DNA of 64,000 nucleotides from Escherichia coli (GTDB lineage Bacteria; Pseudomonadota; Gammaproteobacteria; Enterobacterales; Enterobacteriaceae): NCBI RefSeq assembly GCF_024223415.1, contig NZ_CP100501.1; one strand, 5' to 3'. Shown piece by piece: positions 39,960 to 50,708 of this stretch (position 1 is its first letter; each line of letters starts with the position of its first letter). The notes under the pieces were generated by a model. It saw only the letters and a program-made list of their open reading frames with translations, ran no database searches and was not told where the DNA came from. The position numbers and the translations under genes were made by a program.

Positions 39960-40080
39960 ATGCACAAAAATAACAGGCTATAATGGCATGAAAAACGGGA
40001 CAGGATGTGTAATCGTATAACCGCGCACGCACGGCTATACGATTACCACCTGGTCAGGGCTTAGCCCCGACACCCCGGTA
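39960..40080. other. oriT region with MobP-type nick motif on the minus strand
   Basis: Minus strand reads CACATCCTG|TCCCGTTTTTCATGCC at about 40000/40001; flanked by inverted repeat GTAATCGTATAACCG...CGGCTATACGATTAC (40009..40046); immediately upstream of nikA. Confidence 0.6.
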
Positions 40081-40091
40081 AGGAGCAGACC

Positions 40092-40424
40092 ATGAGTGAG
40101 AAGAAAACCCGAAGTGGCAGTGAGAAACGGCAAAAGAATGTCCTCATTGCTGTTCGTTTTTCACCAGAAGAGGCTGAGATTGTTAAAGAAAAGGCAGAAA
40201 AAAACGGACTGACAGTTTCAACTCTGATAAGAAAAACTGTGCTGGGAAAACAGATAAATGCCCGCATTGATGAAGATTTTTTGAAAGAGCTGATGCGTCT
40301 TGGTCGCCTGCAGAAGCATCTGTTTGTGGAAGGAAAACGCACGGGAGATAAAGAGTATGCAGAGGTTCTCGTTGCTATTACAGAACTTGCTAATACTCTG
40401 CGAAGAGATTTAATGGGACGCTGA
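40092..40424 (+). CDS. nikA: Relaxosome accessory protein NikA (RHH)
   Basis: 110-aa ORF MSEKKTRSGSEKRQKNVLIAVRFSPEEAEIVKEKA... Confidence 0.85.
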   Translation: MSEKKTRSGSEKRQKNVLIAVRFSPEEAEIVKEKAEKNGLTVSTLIRKTVLGKQINARIDEDFLKELMRLGRLQKHLFVEGKRTGDKEYAEVLVAITELANTLRRDLMGR

Positions 40425-40435
40425 GATAATCGCTG

Positions 40436-43138
40436 ATGAATGCCATCATTCCGAAAAAAAGACGCGACGGAAAGTCTTCTTTTGAAGACCTGATTGCGTA
40501 CACCTCAGTGCGGGATGATGTGCCGGAAGATGAACTCAGACCAGACACGGAAGTGAAAGGTGAGGTTCCGCACCGGAATCGCTTCAGACGTCTTGTTGAT
40601 TATGCAACACGTCTGCGTAATGAAAAATTTGTTTCCCTGATTGATGTGATGAAAGACGGCAGTCAGTGGGTGAATTTCTATGGTGTGACCTGCTTTCATA
40701 ACTGTTTGTCTCTTGAATCTGCGGCTGAAGAAATGCAGAAAGCAGCAGACCTTGCTCATTTTTCCAAAGATGATACAGATCCTGTTTTTCACTATATTCT
40801 CTCCTGGCCTGCGCACGAAAGTCCGCGTTCTGAGCAGCTTTTTGACTGTGTGCGTCACACCCTGAAATCCCTTGAGCTGTCAAAACATCAGTATGTGGCA
40901 GCCGTTCATACAGACACGGATAACCTGCATGTACATGTTGCAGTGAATCGTGTCCACCCTGAAACCGGCTATATCAATTGCCTTCCGTGGAGCCAGGAAA
41001 AACTCAGCCGTGCATGTCGTGAACTTGAACTTAAGCACGGATTCGCGCCGGATAATGGCTGCTTTGTGCATGCACCCGGCAACCGTATTGTGCGCAAAAC
41101 AGCGCTGGTACGTGAGCGCCGTAATGCCTGGCGACGCGGGAAAAAGCAGACGTTCAGGGAATATATTGCTCAGATGTCGATTGCCGGGCTGCGTGAAGAG
41201 CCTGCACAGGACTGGTTATCTTTGCATAAACGGCTGGCCAGCGATGGTCTGTATATCACGATGCAGGAAGGGGAACTGGTGGTGAAGGATGGCTGGGACA
41301 GAGCGCGGGAAGGTGTTGCACTCAGTTCGTTCGGACCGTCATGGACAGCTGAAAAACTGGGGCGGAAACTGGGGGAATATCAGCCTGTACCGACAGATAT
41401 TTTCAGTCAGGTGGGGACACCCGGTCGTTATGATCCGGAAGCCATAAACGTTGATATCCGGCCGGAAAAAGTGGCAGAAACGGAGAGTCTGAAACAGTAC
41501 GCCTGCCGTCACTTTGCTGAACGCTTACCGGCAATGGCGCGCAATGGTGAACTGAAAAGCTGCCTGGCTGTACACCGTACTCTGGCAGAGGCGGGATTAT
41601 GGATGGGGATCCAGCACGGGCATCTGGTACTGCATGATGGATTTGATAAACAACAGACACCAGTACGTGCAGACAGTGTGTGGCCGTTGTTAACGCTGGA
41701 AAATATCAGAAAACTGAATGGCGGCTGGCAGTCTGTACCGAAGGATATTTTTACTCAGGTTGTACCACAAAGTCGCTTTAGTGGGCATCGAATGGATATG
41801 CATCCGGTCAGTGATCATGAATGGCACAGAATGAGAACAGGGGCTGGCCCACAGGGGGCAATTAAGCGGGAGATTTTCTCTGACAAAGAGAGTCTGTGGG
41901 GATATGCAGTCAGCCATTGTGCCCGTGATATTCAGTACATGATCTCTGAAGGGCGCTTTAGCTGGCAGAACTGCCATGAACTGTTTGCCCGCAGTGGACT
42001 GATGTTACAGAAACTGCATCATGGTCTTGTGATTGTGGATGCGTTTAATCATGACCAGACACCGGTTAAAGCCAGCAGCATTCATCCGGATTTGACTTTG
42101 TCCAGAGCAGAGCCGCAGGCCGGGCCATTTGAAATTGCAGCGGCGGATATTTTCGATCGGGTGAAGCCTGAAAGCCGTTATAACCCTGATATGGCTGTCA
42201 GTGACAGTAAGGAACCCGGGTTTAAACGGGATCCTGAATTGCGCCGCCGTCGTCGTGAAACCCGTGCAGCTGCGCGGGAAGATTTGCGTGCGCGTTACCT
42301 TGCATGGAAGGAGCACTGGCGTAAACCCGATTTACGTTACGGCGAACGGTTACGGGAAGTTCATGCTGCCTGCCGCCGGCGCAAGGCGCATATCCGCGTA
42401 CAGTTCAGGGATCCGCAAGTGCGTAAGCTGCATTACCATATTGCGGAAGTGCAGCGAATGCAGGCGCTGATCAGGCTGAAGGAAAGCGTCAGGGAAGAGC
42501 GACTGTCGCTGATGGCGGAAGGTAAGTGGTACCCGCTGTCTTACAGGCAGTGGGTGGAGCAGATGGCGGTTCAGGGGGATTCTGCTGCTGTATCTCAGTT
42601 ACGTGGATGGAATTATCGCGACAGAAGGAATGATGAGGTGCTTTTAACCACGCCTCAACGCTGTGTGGTTCTTTGTGAACCAGGCTCCACCCCGATTCAC
42701 AGGGATATCGGTGGCATGGTGGCGACTTTGCAGCGTAATGGCAGTGTGCGTTTCCGTGATGCGACAACAGGAGAGTACGTCTGTACAGATTATGGTGATC
42801 GCGTTGTTTTCAGCAACAGTGCCGATAACAAAACACTGAAGAAAAGGATGGTCAGGGTGTCCAGTGTGCTTTTTGCAAGGGATCCCCGAATGGGGTTTGA
42901 GCCGGAAGGTCAGGATGCACAATTTAACCGTATGTTTGCTGATATGGTTGCGTGGAAAAACGTGCAGCGGGATGAGCGTAAGGGGCACTACAGGATAAGT
43001 CGTTCTGATGTTGATCAACTGAGGGTCAGTAGTGAAAAACGTTTTCGTGATTATCTTAAAGGGCGTGATACTGAATCACACACTTACCATCATGCAACGG
43101 ATGAAAATAAGTGGGAGCCGCCATCACCGGGGATGTAA
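40436..43138 (+). CDS. nikB: MobP-family relaxase NikB
   Basis: 900-aa ORF; N-terminal relaxase domain with HxH-type motif (DNLHVHVAVNRVHP). Confidence 0.9.
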   Translation: MNAIIPKKRRDGKSSFEDLIAYTSVRDDVPEDELRPDTEVKGEVPHRNRFRRLVDYATRLRNEKFVSLIDVMKDGSQWVNFYGVTCFHNCLSLESAAEEMQKAADLAHFSKDDTDPVFHYILSWPAHESPRSEQLFDCVRHTLKSLELSKHQYVAAVHTDTDNLHVHVAVNRVHPETGYINCLPWSQEKLSRACRELELKHGFAPDNGCFVHAPGNRIVRKTALVRERRNAWRRGKKQTFREYIAQMSIAGLREEPAQDWLSLHKRLASDGLYITMQEGELVVKDGWDRAREGVALSSFGPSWTAEKLGRKLGEYQPVPTDIFSQVGTPGRYDPEAINVDIRPEKVAETESLKQYACRHFAERLPAMARNGELKSCLAVHRTLAEAGLWMGIQHGHLVLHDGFDKQQTPVRADSVWPLLTLENIRKLNGGWQSVPKDIFTQVVPQSRFSGHRMDMHPVSDHEWHRMRTGAGPQGAIKREIFSDKESLWGYAVSHCARDIQYMISEGRFSWQNCHELFARSGLMLQKLHHGLVIVDAFNHDQTPVKASSIHPDLTLSRAEPQAGPFEIAAADIFDRVKPESRYNPDMAVSDSKEPGFKRDPELRRRRRETRAAAREDLRARYLAWKEHWRKPDLRYGERLREVHAACRRRKAHIRVQFRDPQVRKLHYHIAEVQRMQALIRLKESVREERLSLMAEGKWYPLSYRQWVEQMAVQGDSAAVSQLRGWNYRDRRNDEVLLTTPQRCVVLCEPGSTPIHRDIGGMVATLQRNGSVRFRDATTGEYVCTDYGDRVVFSNSADNKTLKKRMVRVSSVLFARDPRMGFEPEGQDAQFNRMFADMVAWKNVQRDERKGHYRISRSDVDQLRVSSEKRFRDYLKGRDTESHTYHHATDENKWEPPSPGM

Positions 43139-43206
43139 AAATCATGTAGACAGGGTGATTAAATCACCGTAATGTGTCCTCGTTGTGTATACATTATGGG
43201 GGAGAT

Positions 43207-43455
43207 ATGCGAACACAGGTGACACTGCAAAAATGGGGCAACAGTATTGCTCTCCGGTTAACCGGAAATCTGAAAACCGTGCCGGGTTTTTCGGCAGGAG
43301 ATGTGGTTGATGTGGAAATCAGTGAGAAAGGATTGATCGTGGAAAAACCGGTGAGACCTCGTCTTACAGAGGCTGTATTGCTTGCGGGGCTGACGCCATT
43401 TTCCGCGCATGCAGATGAAGCTGCCACTCTTCTTGATAAGGAGAGTGAGTTCTGA
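43207..43455 (+). CDS. MazE/PemI-like antitoxin (AbrB/SpoVT fold)
   Basis: MRTQVTLQKWGNSIALRL...; start at ATG 43207 with GGGGAG RBS. Confidence 0.75.
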   Translation: MRTQVTLQKWGNSIALRLTGNLKTVPGFSAGDVVDVEISEKGLIVEKPVRPRLTEAVLLAGLTPFSAHADEAATLLDKESEF

Positions 43456-43799
43456 TGTTTGTTCCAAAGCGTGGTGATATTTGCTGGCTTGATTTTGAAC
43501 CCCAAAAAGGAAAAGAAATTGGCAAATATCGTCCGGCATTAATCCTGTCCCATGAGCAATATAATCGTTTAACAGGGCTTGTCATATGCTGCCCTGTCAG
43601 TACGAGTATCCGGGGCGCTCCAACAGAGGTTCCTGTTACTAATCTCGATGCACCAAGTGTGGTGGCCACAACGCTCATACAGACACTTGACTGGCGGCAA
43701 AGGCAAGTGCGTTTAATTACGGAAGCAGAAGAGGGCGTATTTGATGAGGTGCTTGAGAGAGTGATCACTCTGATTGGTGGTGAACATTTACTGAAGTGA
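43455..43799 (+). CDS. MazF/PemK-family toxin
   Basis: 114-aa ORF; stop codon lies inside the 8-bp target duplication of the downstream IS mosaic. Confidence 0.8.
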   Translation: MFVPKRGDICWLDFEPQKGKEIGKYRPALILSHEQYNRLTGLVICCPVSTSIRGAPTEVPVTNLDAPSVVATTLIQTLDWRQRQVRLITEAEEGVFDEVLERVITLIGGEHLLK

Positions 43800-43801
43800 A
43801 G

Positions 43802-44055
43802 GAGCCTGTTTAAGATTCTGTGTAAATGCCTTTCTCAGAAGTGACCGTCCAGGCGGTCACCGAACTCGATAATAAAGCGGCTCATTGCCATTCGCCAGTC
43901 CTTCAACGGCATCGTCCATTTCCGGGACGCAGACTGGATTGCCAGCCACACCACTTTTTTCACCGAGTCGTCTGTCGGGAACACTTTACGCTTTTTGATC
44001 GCATGGCGGATCACGCTGTTTAGCGACTCGATGGCATTCGTCGTATAGATCACTT
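43802..44055 (-). mobile_element. IS256-family element, 3' fragment (transposase C-terminal about 72 codons plus terminal IR)
   Basis: ORF 43835..44053 (-) ...NAIESLNSVIRHAIKKRKVFPTDDSVKK...; terminus GAGCCTGTTTAAGATTCTGTGTAA at 43802. Confidence 0.7.
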
Positions 44056-44109
44056 TGAACCGCCCCGGAAATCCTGGAGACTAAACTTCCTGAGAAAGAT
44101 GTAAACAGG

Positions 44110-44436
44110 ATGACTAAAAATACTCGTTTTTCCCCCGAAGTCCGTCAACGGGCAGTTCGTATGGTTCTGGAAAGCCAGGGCGAATATGACTCACAATGGG
44201 CGGCAATTTGTTCCATTGCTCCAAAGATTGGCTGTACGCCAGAGACCCTGCGTGTCTGGGTTCGCCAGCATGAGCGGGATACCGGGGGCGGTGATGGTGG
44301 GCTCACCACCGCTGAACGTCAGCGTCTGAAAGAGCTGGAACGCGAAAATCGTGAACTGCGCCGCAGTAACGATATCCTTCGCCAGGCTTCCGCTTATTTT
44401 GCGAAGGCGGAGTTCGACCGCCTCTGGAAAAAATAA
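44110..44436 (+). CDS. IS629-like OrfA
   Basis: Identical protein to the ORF at 5851..6177. Confidence 0.85.
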   Translation: MTKNTRFSPEVRQRAVRMVLESQGEYDSQWAAICSIAPKIGCTPETLRVWVRQHERDTGGGDGGLTTAERQRLKELERENRELRRSNDILRQASAYFAKAEFDRLWKK

Positions 44437-44457
44437 TGCCACTGCTGGATAAGCTGC

Positions 44458-45303
44458 GTGAGCTGCAGTGAGCTGCATATTGCCCCGTCAACGTATTACC
44501 ACTGTCAGCAACAGCAGCATCATCCTGATAAACGCAGCGCCCGTGCGCAGCGTGATGACTGGCTGAAGAAAGAGATACAGCGCGTATACGATGAAAATCA
44601 CCAGGTGTACGGTGTGCGTAAAGTCTGGCGTCAGTTGTTACGGGAAGGTATCAGAGTGGCCAGATGCACTGTGACACGTCTTATGGCGGTTATGGGTTTT
44701 GCCGGTGTTCTCCGGGGTAAAAAGGTCCGCATTACCGTCAGCCGGAAAGCCGTTGCCGCAGGCGACCGCGTAAACCGTCATTTCGTGGCAGAACGTCCTG
44801 ACCAGCTGTGGGTGGCTGATTTTACTTACGTCAGCACATGGCAGGGCTTTGTTTATGTGGCGTTCATCATTGATGTGTTTGCCGGATACATCGTGGGATG
44901 GCGGGTCTCCTCGTCCATGGAAACGACATTCGTGCTGGATGCACTGGAGCAGGCGTTGTGGGCCCGTCGTCCATCTGGCACCATCCATCACAGCGATAAA
45001 GGCTCTCAGTATGTATCGCTGGCCTACACGCAGCGGCTTAAGGAAGTCGGATTACTGGCATCAACAGGGAGCACAGGCGACTCGTATGACAACGCGATGG
45101 CGGAGAGCATCAATGGTCTTTACAAGGCGGAGGTAATACACCGTAAGAGCTGGAAAAACCGGACAGAAGTGGAGCTGGCTACACTCACGTGGGTGGACTG
45201 GTATAACAATCGACGATTGCTGGAAAGGCTGGGCCATACTCCCCCGGCAGAAGCAGAAAAAGCTTATTATGCTTCCATCGGAAACAATGATCTGGCAGCC
45301 TGA
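44458..45303 (+). CDS. IS629-like OrfB (N-terminus out of frame as in copy 1)
   Basis: 281-aa ORF from internal GTG. Confidence 0.8.
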   Translation: MSCSELHIAPSTYYHCQQQQHHPDKRSARAQRDDWLKKEIQRVYDENHQVYGVRKVWRQLLREGIRVARCTVTRLMAVMGFAGVLRGKKVRITVSRKAVAAGDRVNRHFVAERPDQLWVADFTYVSTWQGFVYVAFIIDVFAGYIVGWRVSSSMETTFVLDALEQALWARRPSGTIHHSDKGSQYVSLAYTQRLKEVGLLASTGSTGDSYDNAMAESINGLYKAEVIHRKSWKNRTEVELATLTWVDWYNNRRLLERLGHTPPAEAEKAYYASIGNNDLAA

Positions 45304-45345
45304 GTTCACAGACAAAACATTCTCCAGGAAACCCGGGGCGGTTCA

Positions 45346-45876
45346 GTTTTGCCATTCTACAACCTGCTCCATCACGGCATCGGTAACCTTTGATATCAGT
45401 GCCGGTGAAACATCTGCGTCATACAGTTCTTTGAACGCAGCGGCTATCTCACGGGTGGTCATCCCTTTGGCATACAACGAGAGGATCTGGTTATCCATCC
45501 CGGTAATACGGGTCTGATTTTTCTTTACCAGTTGTGGTTCGAAGGTACCGTCACGATCGCGCGGAGTACGCAGTTCCAGTGGACCGTCGCCTGTGATAAC
45601 GGTCTTTGTGGAATAACCGTTGCGGGAGTTAGCTCCTGGTCTGGACTGATTTTTCTCATACCCAAGATGGTGTGTCATCTCTGCATTGAGAGCGGCTTCA
45701 ACGCTGAGCTTTTTCAGCAGCCGATCAAACTGACTGAGGTCTTCAGGGGTTTTGAGGTTTTTGGCCAGTTCGTTAGCCAGAGCCTGTAACTGTTTTTCGT
45801 CCATAAATTAACCTTCATTTGATGCTGGATTGAACATATCAAAATCAGGCAATTACACAAATCTATGTACAGGCTC
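45346..45876 (-). mobile_element. IS256-family element, 5' fragment (transposase N-terminal 153 codons plus terminal IR)
   Basis: ORF 45343..45804 (-) MDEKQLQALANELAKNLKTPEDL...; terminus (complement) GAGCCTGTACATAGATTTGTGTAA ending at 45876 matches the other end's IR. Confidence 0.7.
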
Positions 45877-45890
45877 TTCCGCTGGCTGGC

Positions 45891-46136
45891 TCACCTGCGT
45901 CGCGCCGGCTGCCAGGTAAACGTGTTCTCTGCGGCACGATACGCTTTTGTTCGTTGAGCCTTTGCGGTTCTCGCTTTGCGCTCTGCCCGAATCATTCTCA
46001 AAACTTTTACACGCACTTTTCTCTTAACTTCCCGTGGCAGTTCATCCCTGCCGGACAACTTTAACTGTGCAGCCTGTGCGGCATAAGCATCGTTGATACG
46101 CTTACGTTCTGCTTCCGTCAGTTTCATCCAAGACAT
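45891..46136 (-). CDS. Hypothetical small basic protein
   Basis: 81-aa Lys/Arg-rich ORF with AGGAGG RBS directly upstream. Confidence 0.45.
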   Translation of the reverse strand: MSWMKLTEAERKRINDAYAAQAAQLKLSGRDELPREVKRKVRVKVLRMIRAERKARTAKAQRTKAYRAAENTFTWQPARRR

Positions 46137-46274
46137 AATTCCTCCTGGTGACTTATCCGTGTTATGTCTTTAATCTGTATCCCCTTCGTTGCTATGCCTC
46201 CGGGATATCAGGTATTACCTTTCGAAGAATTTTATAAAAAACCACCTGTGCAGAGGGAAAGAGTGGATTTGCCC

Positions 46275-47180
46275 CTATATTTCCAGACATCTGTTATCAC
46301 TTAACCCATTACAGGCCCGCTGCCGCAGATATTCCCGTGGCGAGCGATAACCCAACGCACTATGCGGATGCCATTCGTTATAATGCTCGAACGCCTCTGC
46401 AAGGTTCTTTGCTGCCGTTAACCCGTCTGGTTTGGGCATGACACTGATGTAGTCACGCTTTATCGTTTTCACGAAGCTCTCTGCTATGCCGTTACTCTCC
46501 GGACTCCGCACCGCCGTGTTCTTCGGTTCAAGCCCCAACATCCGGGCAAACTGCCGTGTTTCATTAGCCCGGTAGCATGAACCATTATCCGTCAGCCACT
46601 CTACTGGAGACGCCGGAAGCTCGTTGCCGAAGCGGCGTTCCACCGCTCCTGGCATGACGTCCTGTACTGTTTCACTGTTGAAGCCGCCCGTAGTGACCGC
46701 CCAGTGCAGTGCCTCACGGTCACAGCAGTCCAGCGCGAACGTGACTCGCAGTTTTTCTCCGTTATCACAGCGGAACTCGAACCCGTCAGAGCACCATCGC
46801 TGATTACTTTCTTTCACAGCCACTCTGCCGGTATGTGCCCGTTTCGATGGCGGTACAGCGGTTTTTCGCTCAAGCAACAGCGCATTCTGGCGCATGATCC
46901 GGTAAATACGTTTGGCATTGATCGCAGGCATACCTTCAAGTTCTGTTTGTCTGCGAAGCAGCGCCCATACCCGACGATAACCATATGTGGGTAGCTCTCC
47001 GATAACATGGTGTATACGGCGAAGCACATCCGTATCATCCGTGTGACGGCTGCGGCGGCCGTCCTTCCAGTCATCGGCTCGTCTGAGAATGACGTGCAAC
47101 TGCGCACGCGACACCCGGAGACAACGGCTGACGAAGCTTACTCCCCATCCCCGGGCAATAAGGGCGCGTGCGCTATCCAC
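46275..47180 (-). CDS. insD: IS2 OrfB (InsD)
   Basis: 301-aa ORF. Confidence 0.9.
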   Translation of the reverse strand: MDSARALIARGWGVSFVSRCLRVSRAQLHVILRRADDWKDGRRSRHTDDTDVLRRIHHVIGELPTYGYRRVWALLRRQTELEGMPAINAKRIYRIMRQNALLLERKTAVPPSKRAHTGRVAVKESNQRWCSDGFEFRCDNGEKLRVTFALDCCDREALHWAVTTGGFNSETVQDVMPGAVERRFGNELPASPVEWLTDNGSCYRANETRQFARMLGLEPKNTAVRSPESNGIAESFVKTIKRDYISVMPKPDGLTAAKNLAEAFEHYNEWHPHSALGYRSPREYLRQRACNGLSDNRCLEI

Positions 47181-47503
47181 TTTTTTGCTCGCCCATATTC
47201 AACGGCTTCTTTAAGGAGTTCATTTTCCATCGTTTTTTTGCCGAGCAGACGCTGGAGTTCTTTAATCTGCTTCATGGCGGCAGCAAGTTCAGAGGCAGGA
47301 ACGATCTGTTCTCCGGCAGCCACAGCAGTAAGACTTCCCTCCTGGTATTGCTTACGCCAGAGAAATAGCTGGCTGGCTGCCACACCATGTTGCCGGGCAA
47401 CAAGGGAGACCGTCATTCCCGGTTCAAAGCTCTGCTGAACGATAGCGATCTTTTCCTGTGTAGTACGCCGTCTGCGTTTCTCCGGCCCTAAGACATCAAT
47501 CAT
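47138..47503 (-). CDS. insC: IS2 OrfA (InsC)
   Basis: Start [13 protein letters not shown] at 47503; track ORF has an upstream extension. Confidence 0.85.
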   Translation of the reverse strand: MIDVLGPEKRRRRTTQEKIAIVQQSFEPGMTVSLVARQHGVAASQLFLWRKQYQEGSLTAVAAGEQIVPASELAAAMKQIKELQRLLGKKTMENELLKEAVEYGRAKKWIAHAPLLPGDGE

Positions 47504-48388
47504 CTGTTCTCCAATGACTAGTCTAAAAACTAGTATTAAGACTATCACTTATTTAAGTGATATTGGTTGTCTGGAGATTCAGGGGGCCAGTCTAAAGAGT
47601 AAGGAACTTACTGATTCATTTAATATTATTATCCATCAATAACTGAGCATACAAAAAAATAACAAAACTCTGACACAGATACAACCAGCTCTCTCTATAT
47701 CAGACTGACATTCTTCTCAAAAAGAGGCGTGTTCTGGAACACGGAACAGAAGCAATGAACATTGTAGACAGAAACACACTCTGTTTTTTACACGAGGATA
47801 TATGTCGGGAAAATCAGGCAGAAGAAATTAAAGGACTTTGTGCATACAAAGGGAAAGCGCGTTTCCGGTGCACCATATTAGATATTATCCCTGCTACAAA
47901 CACCAGAGACGCGCTCATAACTCTTCTAGCGTAAAATATCCTTTCAGGCAAGGAAAAGGTCGTGATACAGAATCACGACCTTAATTTTATCGAAAACACG
48001 GATTTTAGTATGCACATGACTGTACTCCTCAGGAGTACAGGGAAATCATAATCAGTAACAAAAACACCCGGCAACAAAAATTTAACGCGTTTACGCTATT
48101 TTTGTGACAAATATTGCAAATATGGAATCACTGTATTTTTACTGCAACAAAATCTGGTTGATCCACAGGCGGATCCGGGGTAAAAAATTATCCGGAATGT
48201 TTCTGCGTGGTGTGGTAAAACCTCTAGCCGGATTGCCTTTGCAGCAACGCAGGAACATTCCATCCTTTATCAGTACTCCTGACGCTGTAAAGACCTGGCT
48301 GATGCAGACAGGACTGCTGATATCGAATCAAAGCTTTCTCATTTTTTCGCGTACACAAAATAAAACAAATCAGGCAATTCCTTACACT

Positions 48389-48417
48389 CCCCCTCTAAAA
48401 TTGAGGGGTTTTTTTTT
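48389..48417 (+). terminator. Intrinsic terminator-like hairpin (CCCCCTC-N7-GAGGGG followed by T9)
   Basis: Read directly in the AT-rich non-coding stretch. Confidence 0.5.
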
Positions 48418-48857
48418 ACCATATAAATTACTTGCACAGCTTTTAAAAAAATTGCAAATCTTTACTGTAGTGTCGGGCTTCATGTAGCTCAACAGGGCAT
48501 GGACTAAAAAGAAGTAAACCCATCTTTTATCTCCCTGATATGGGGGTCTTTGTGGCATAAAGAATTCCTTGAATTATTATTTTGATCATATCAACATGAA
48601 AAGAATAATACTCTGACTTTTGATTTCCAGTGCCAGATATAAAATCAAATTCACTGTAAATATCACATAATGATATCTGGCTGCCCCCAGTCACTTCCTG
48701 TATTCAGCCACACATATAAGCCCCCTGAATTTCCTTGTGGTTTTTATGTGATAAAAACCACAAGGAAACGATGGTTGAAATAATATTTAAAATGTGAAAG
48801 ATATCACCCGTAGAATTTTTCAATCCGACACTCCATAGAATGGACCTTTAAGATTTA

Positions 48858-48886
48858 ATCCTCATCATGTATGAGGATTTTTTTTC
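48858..48886 (+). terminator. Intrinsic terminator-like hairpin (ATCCTCAT-N5-ATGAGGAT followed by T8)
   Basis: Read directly in the AT-rich non-coding stretch. Confidence 0.5.
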
Positions 48887-49225
48887 TGGCAGACAAAAAT
48901 ATCTTTTCAGCAATCCCTGTTCAGTTCCGGTTCTGGTGACTCTGGAAGAGGTATTGTTACACGCTATAACCTGCCGGAATGACTCAGGTCCGTTCATCTC
49001 TGATACCATTAAAAGAAGCATTAAGCACATTCTGAGCGCCTCTTACAGAAGAAGCGGAACGCGTTCCTGGCTCCTGTTGCATAATCTTACTAACCCCATG
49101 GTTTTCTTGACTGCCAGAAACGCGCCCACAGTTTTTTTAGCCTGTCTCCGGTTCCTTGTCTAGAATACTGTTGATTTTTTGTTTGAACCGCCCCGGGTTT
49201 CCTGGAGAGTGTTTTATCTGTGAAC

Positions 49226-50116
49226 TCAGGCTGCCAGATCATCGTTTCCGATGGAAGCATAATAAGCTTTTTCTGCTTCTGCCGGTGGGATATGGCCCAG
49301 CCTTTCCAGCAATCGTCGATTGTTATACCAGTCCACCCACGTGAGTGTGGCCAGCTCCACTTCTGTCCGGTTTTTCCAGCTCTTACGGTGTATTACCTCC
49401 GCTTTGTAAAGGCCATTGATGCTCTCCGCCATCGCGTTGTCATACGAGTCACCAGTACTTCCTGTTGATGCCAGTAATCCGGCTTCCTTAAGCCGCTGTG
49501 TGTAGGCCAGCGATACATACTGAGAACCTTTATCACTGTGATGGACTGTGCCGGACGGTCGACGGGCCCATAACGCCTGCTCCAGAGCATCCAGCACGAA
49601 TGTCGTTTCCATGGACGATGAGACCCGCCACCCCACGATGTATCCGGCAAACACATCAATGATGAACGCCACATAGACGACCCCCTGCCATGTGCTGACG
49701 TAAGTAAAATCAGCCACCCACAACTGGTCAGGACGTTCTGCCACAAACTGACGGTTTACGCGGTCGCCTGCGGCAACGGCTTTCCGGCTGACGGTAGTGC
49801 GGACCTTTTTACCCCGGAGAACACCGGCAAGTCCCATAACCGCTATGAGGCGCGCCACTGTACATCTGGCTACCCTGATTCCTTCCCGTAACAACTGACG
49901 CCAGACTTTACGCACACCGTATACCTGATGATTCCCATCGTATACGCGCAGTATCTCTTTCTTCAGCCAGTCATCGCGCTGCGCACGGGCACTGCGTTTA
50001 TAAGGATGATGTCGCTGTTGCTGACAGTGGTAATACGTTGACGGGGCAATATGTAGTTCACTGCATACCGGTCCGACCCCGTACAGCTTACGCAGCTTAT
50101 CCAGCAGTGGCATCAC
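49226..50116 (-). CDS. IS629-like OrfB (intact)
   Basis: 296-aa ORF. Confidence 0.85.
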   Translation of the reverse strand: MMPLLDKLRKLYGVGPVCSELHIAPSTYYHCQQQRHHPYKRSARAQRDDWLKKEILRVYDGNHQVYGVRKVWRQLLREGIRVARCTVARLIAVMGLAGVLRGKKVRTTVSRKAVAAGDRVNRQFVAERPDQLWVADFTYVSTWQGVVYVAFIIDVFAGYIVGWRVSSSMETTFVLDALEQALWARRPSGTVHHSDKGSQYVSLAYTQRLKEAGLLASTGSTGDSYDNAMAESINGLYKAEVIHRKSWKNRTEVELATLTWVDWYNNRRLLERLGHIPPAEAEKAYYASIGNDDLAA

Positions 50117-50439
50117 TTTTTCCAGAGGCGGTCGAACTCCGCCTTCGCAAAATAAGCGGAAGCCTGGCGAAGGATATCGTTACTGCGGCGCAGTTCACGA
50201 TTTTCACGTTCCAGCTCTTTCAGACGCTGACGTTCAGCGGTGGTGAGCCCGCCATCACCGCCTCCGGTATCCCGCTCATGCTGGCGTACCCAGACACGCA
50301 GGGTCTCTGGCGTACAGCCAATCTTTGGAGCAATGGAACAAATTGCCGCCCACTGTGAGTCATATTCGCCCTGACTTTCCAGAACCATACGAATCGCCCT
50401 CTGACGGACTTCGGGGGAAAAACGAGTATTTTTAGTCAT
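50113..50439 (-). CDS. IS629-like OrfA
   Basis: 108-aa ORF (IRMV variant). Confidence 0.85.
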   Translation of the reverse strand: MTKNTRFSPEVRQRAIRMVLESQGEYDSQWAAICSIAPKIGCTPETLRVWVRQHERDTGGGDGGLTTAERQRLKELERENRELRRSNDILRQASAYFAKAEFDRLWKK

Positions 50440-50493
50440 TCTGTTTACCTCTTTCTCAGGGAGTTTAGTCTCCAGGATTCCCGGGGCGGTTCA

Positions 50494-50708
50494 GCGTGAT
50501 CCGCCATGCGATCAAAAAGCGTAAAGTGTTCCCGACAGACGACTCGGTGAAAAAAGTGGTGTGGCTGGCAATCCAGTCTGCGTCCCGGAAATGGACGATG
50601 CCGTTGAAGGACTGGCGAATGGCAATGAGCCGCTTTATTATCGAGTTCGGTGACCGCCTGGACGGTCACTTCTGAGAAAGGCATTTACACAGAATCTTAA
50701 ACAGGCTC
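50494..50708 (+). mobile_element. IS256-family element, second 3' fragment (inverted relative to 43802..44055)
   Basis: Encodes ...[30 protein letters not shown]...GDRLDGHF; terminus ...ACAGGCTC at 50708 followed by AAGTGAAG. Confidence 0.7.

Larger units (their letters stand above)
44056..45345 (+). mobile_element. IS629/IS1203-like element, copy 2 (1290 bp variant)
   Basis: Same IRs and 20-bp deletion as copy 1; one visible substitution in OrfB (D to G). Confidence 0.85.
46264..47594 (-). mobile_element. IS2, complete copy (1331 bp) with 5-bp target-site duplication AAGAG
   Basis: IRL TAGACTGGCCCCCTGAATCTCC (complement at 47573..47594) and IRR ...GGGGCAAATCCA (complement at 46264); AAGAG at 46259..46263 and 47595..47599. 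Confidence 0.9.
49184..50493 (-). mobile_element. IS629/IS1203-like element, copy 3 (1310 bp, full length; diverged from copies 1/2)
   Basis: IRs TGAACCGCCCCGGG...; OrfB with complete N-terminus [17 protein letters not shown]. Confidence 0.9.
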
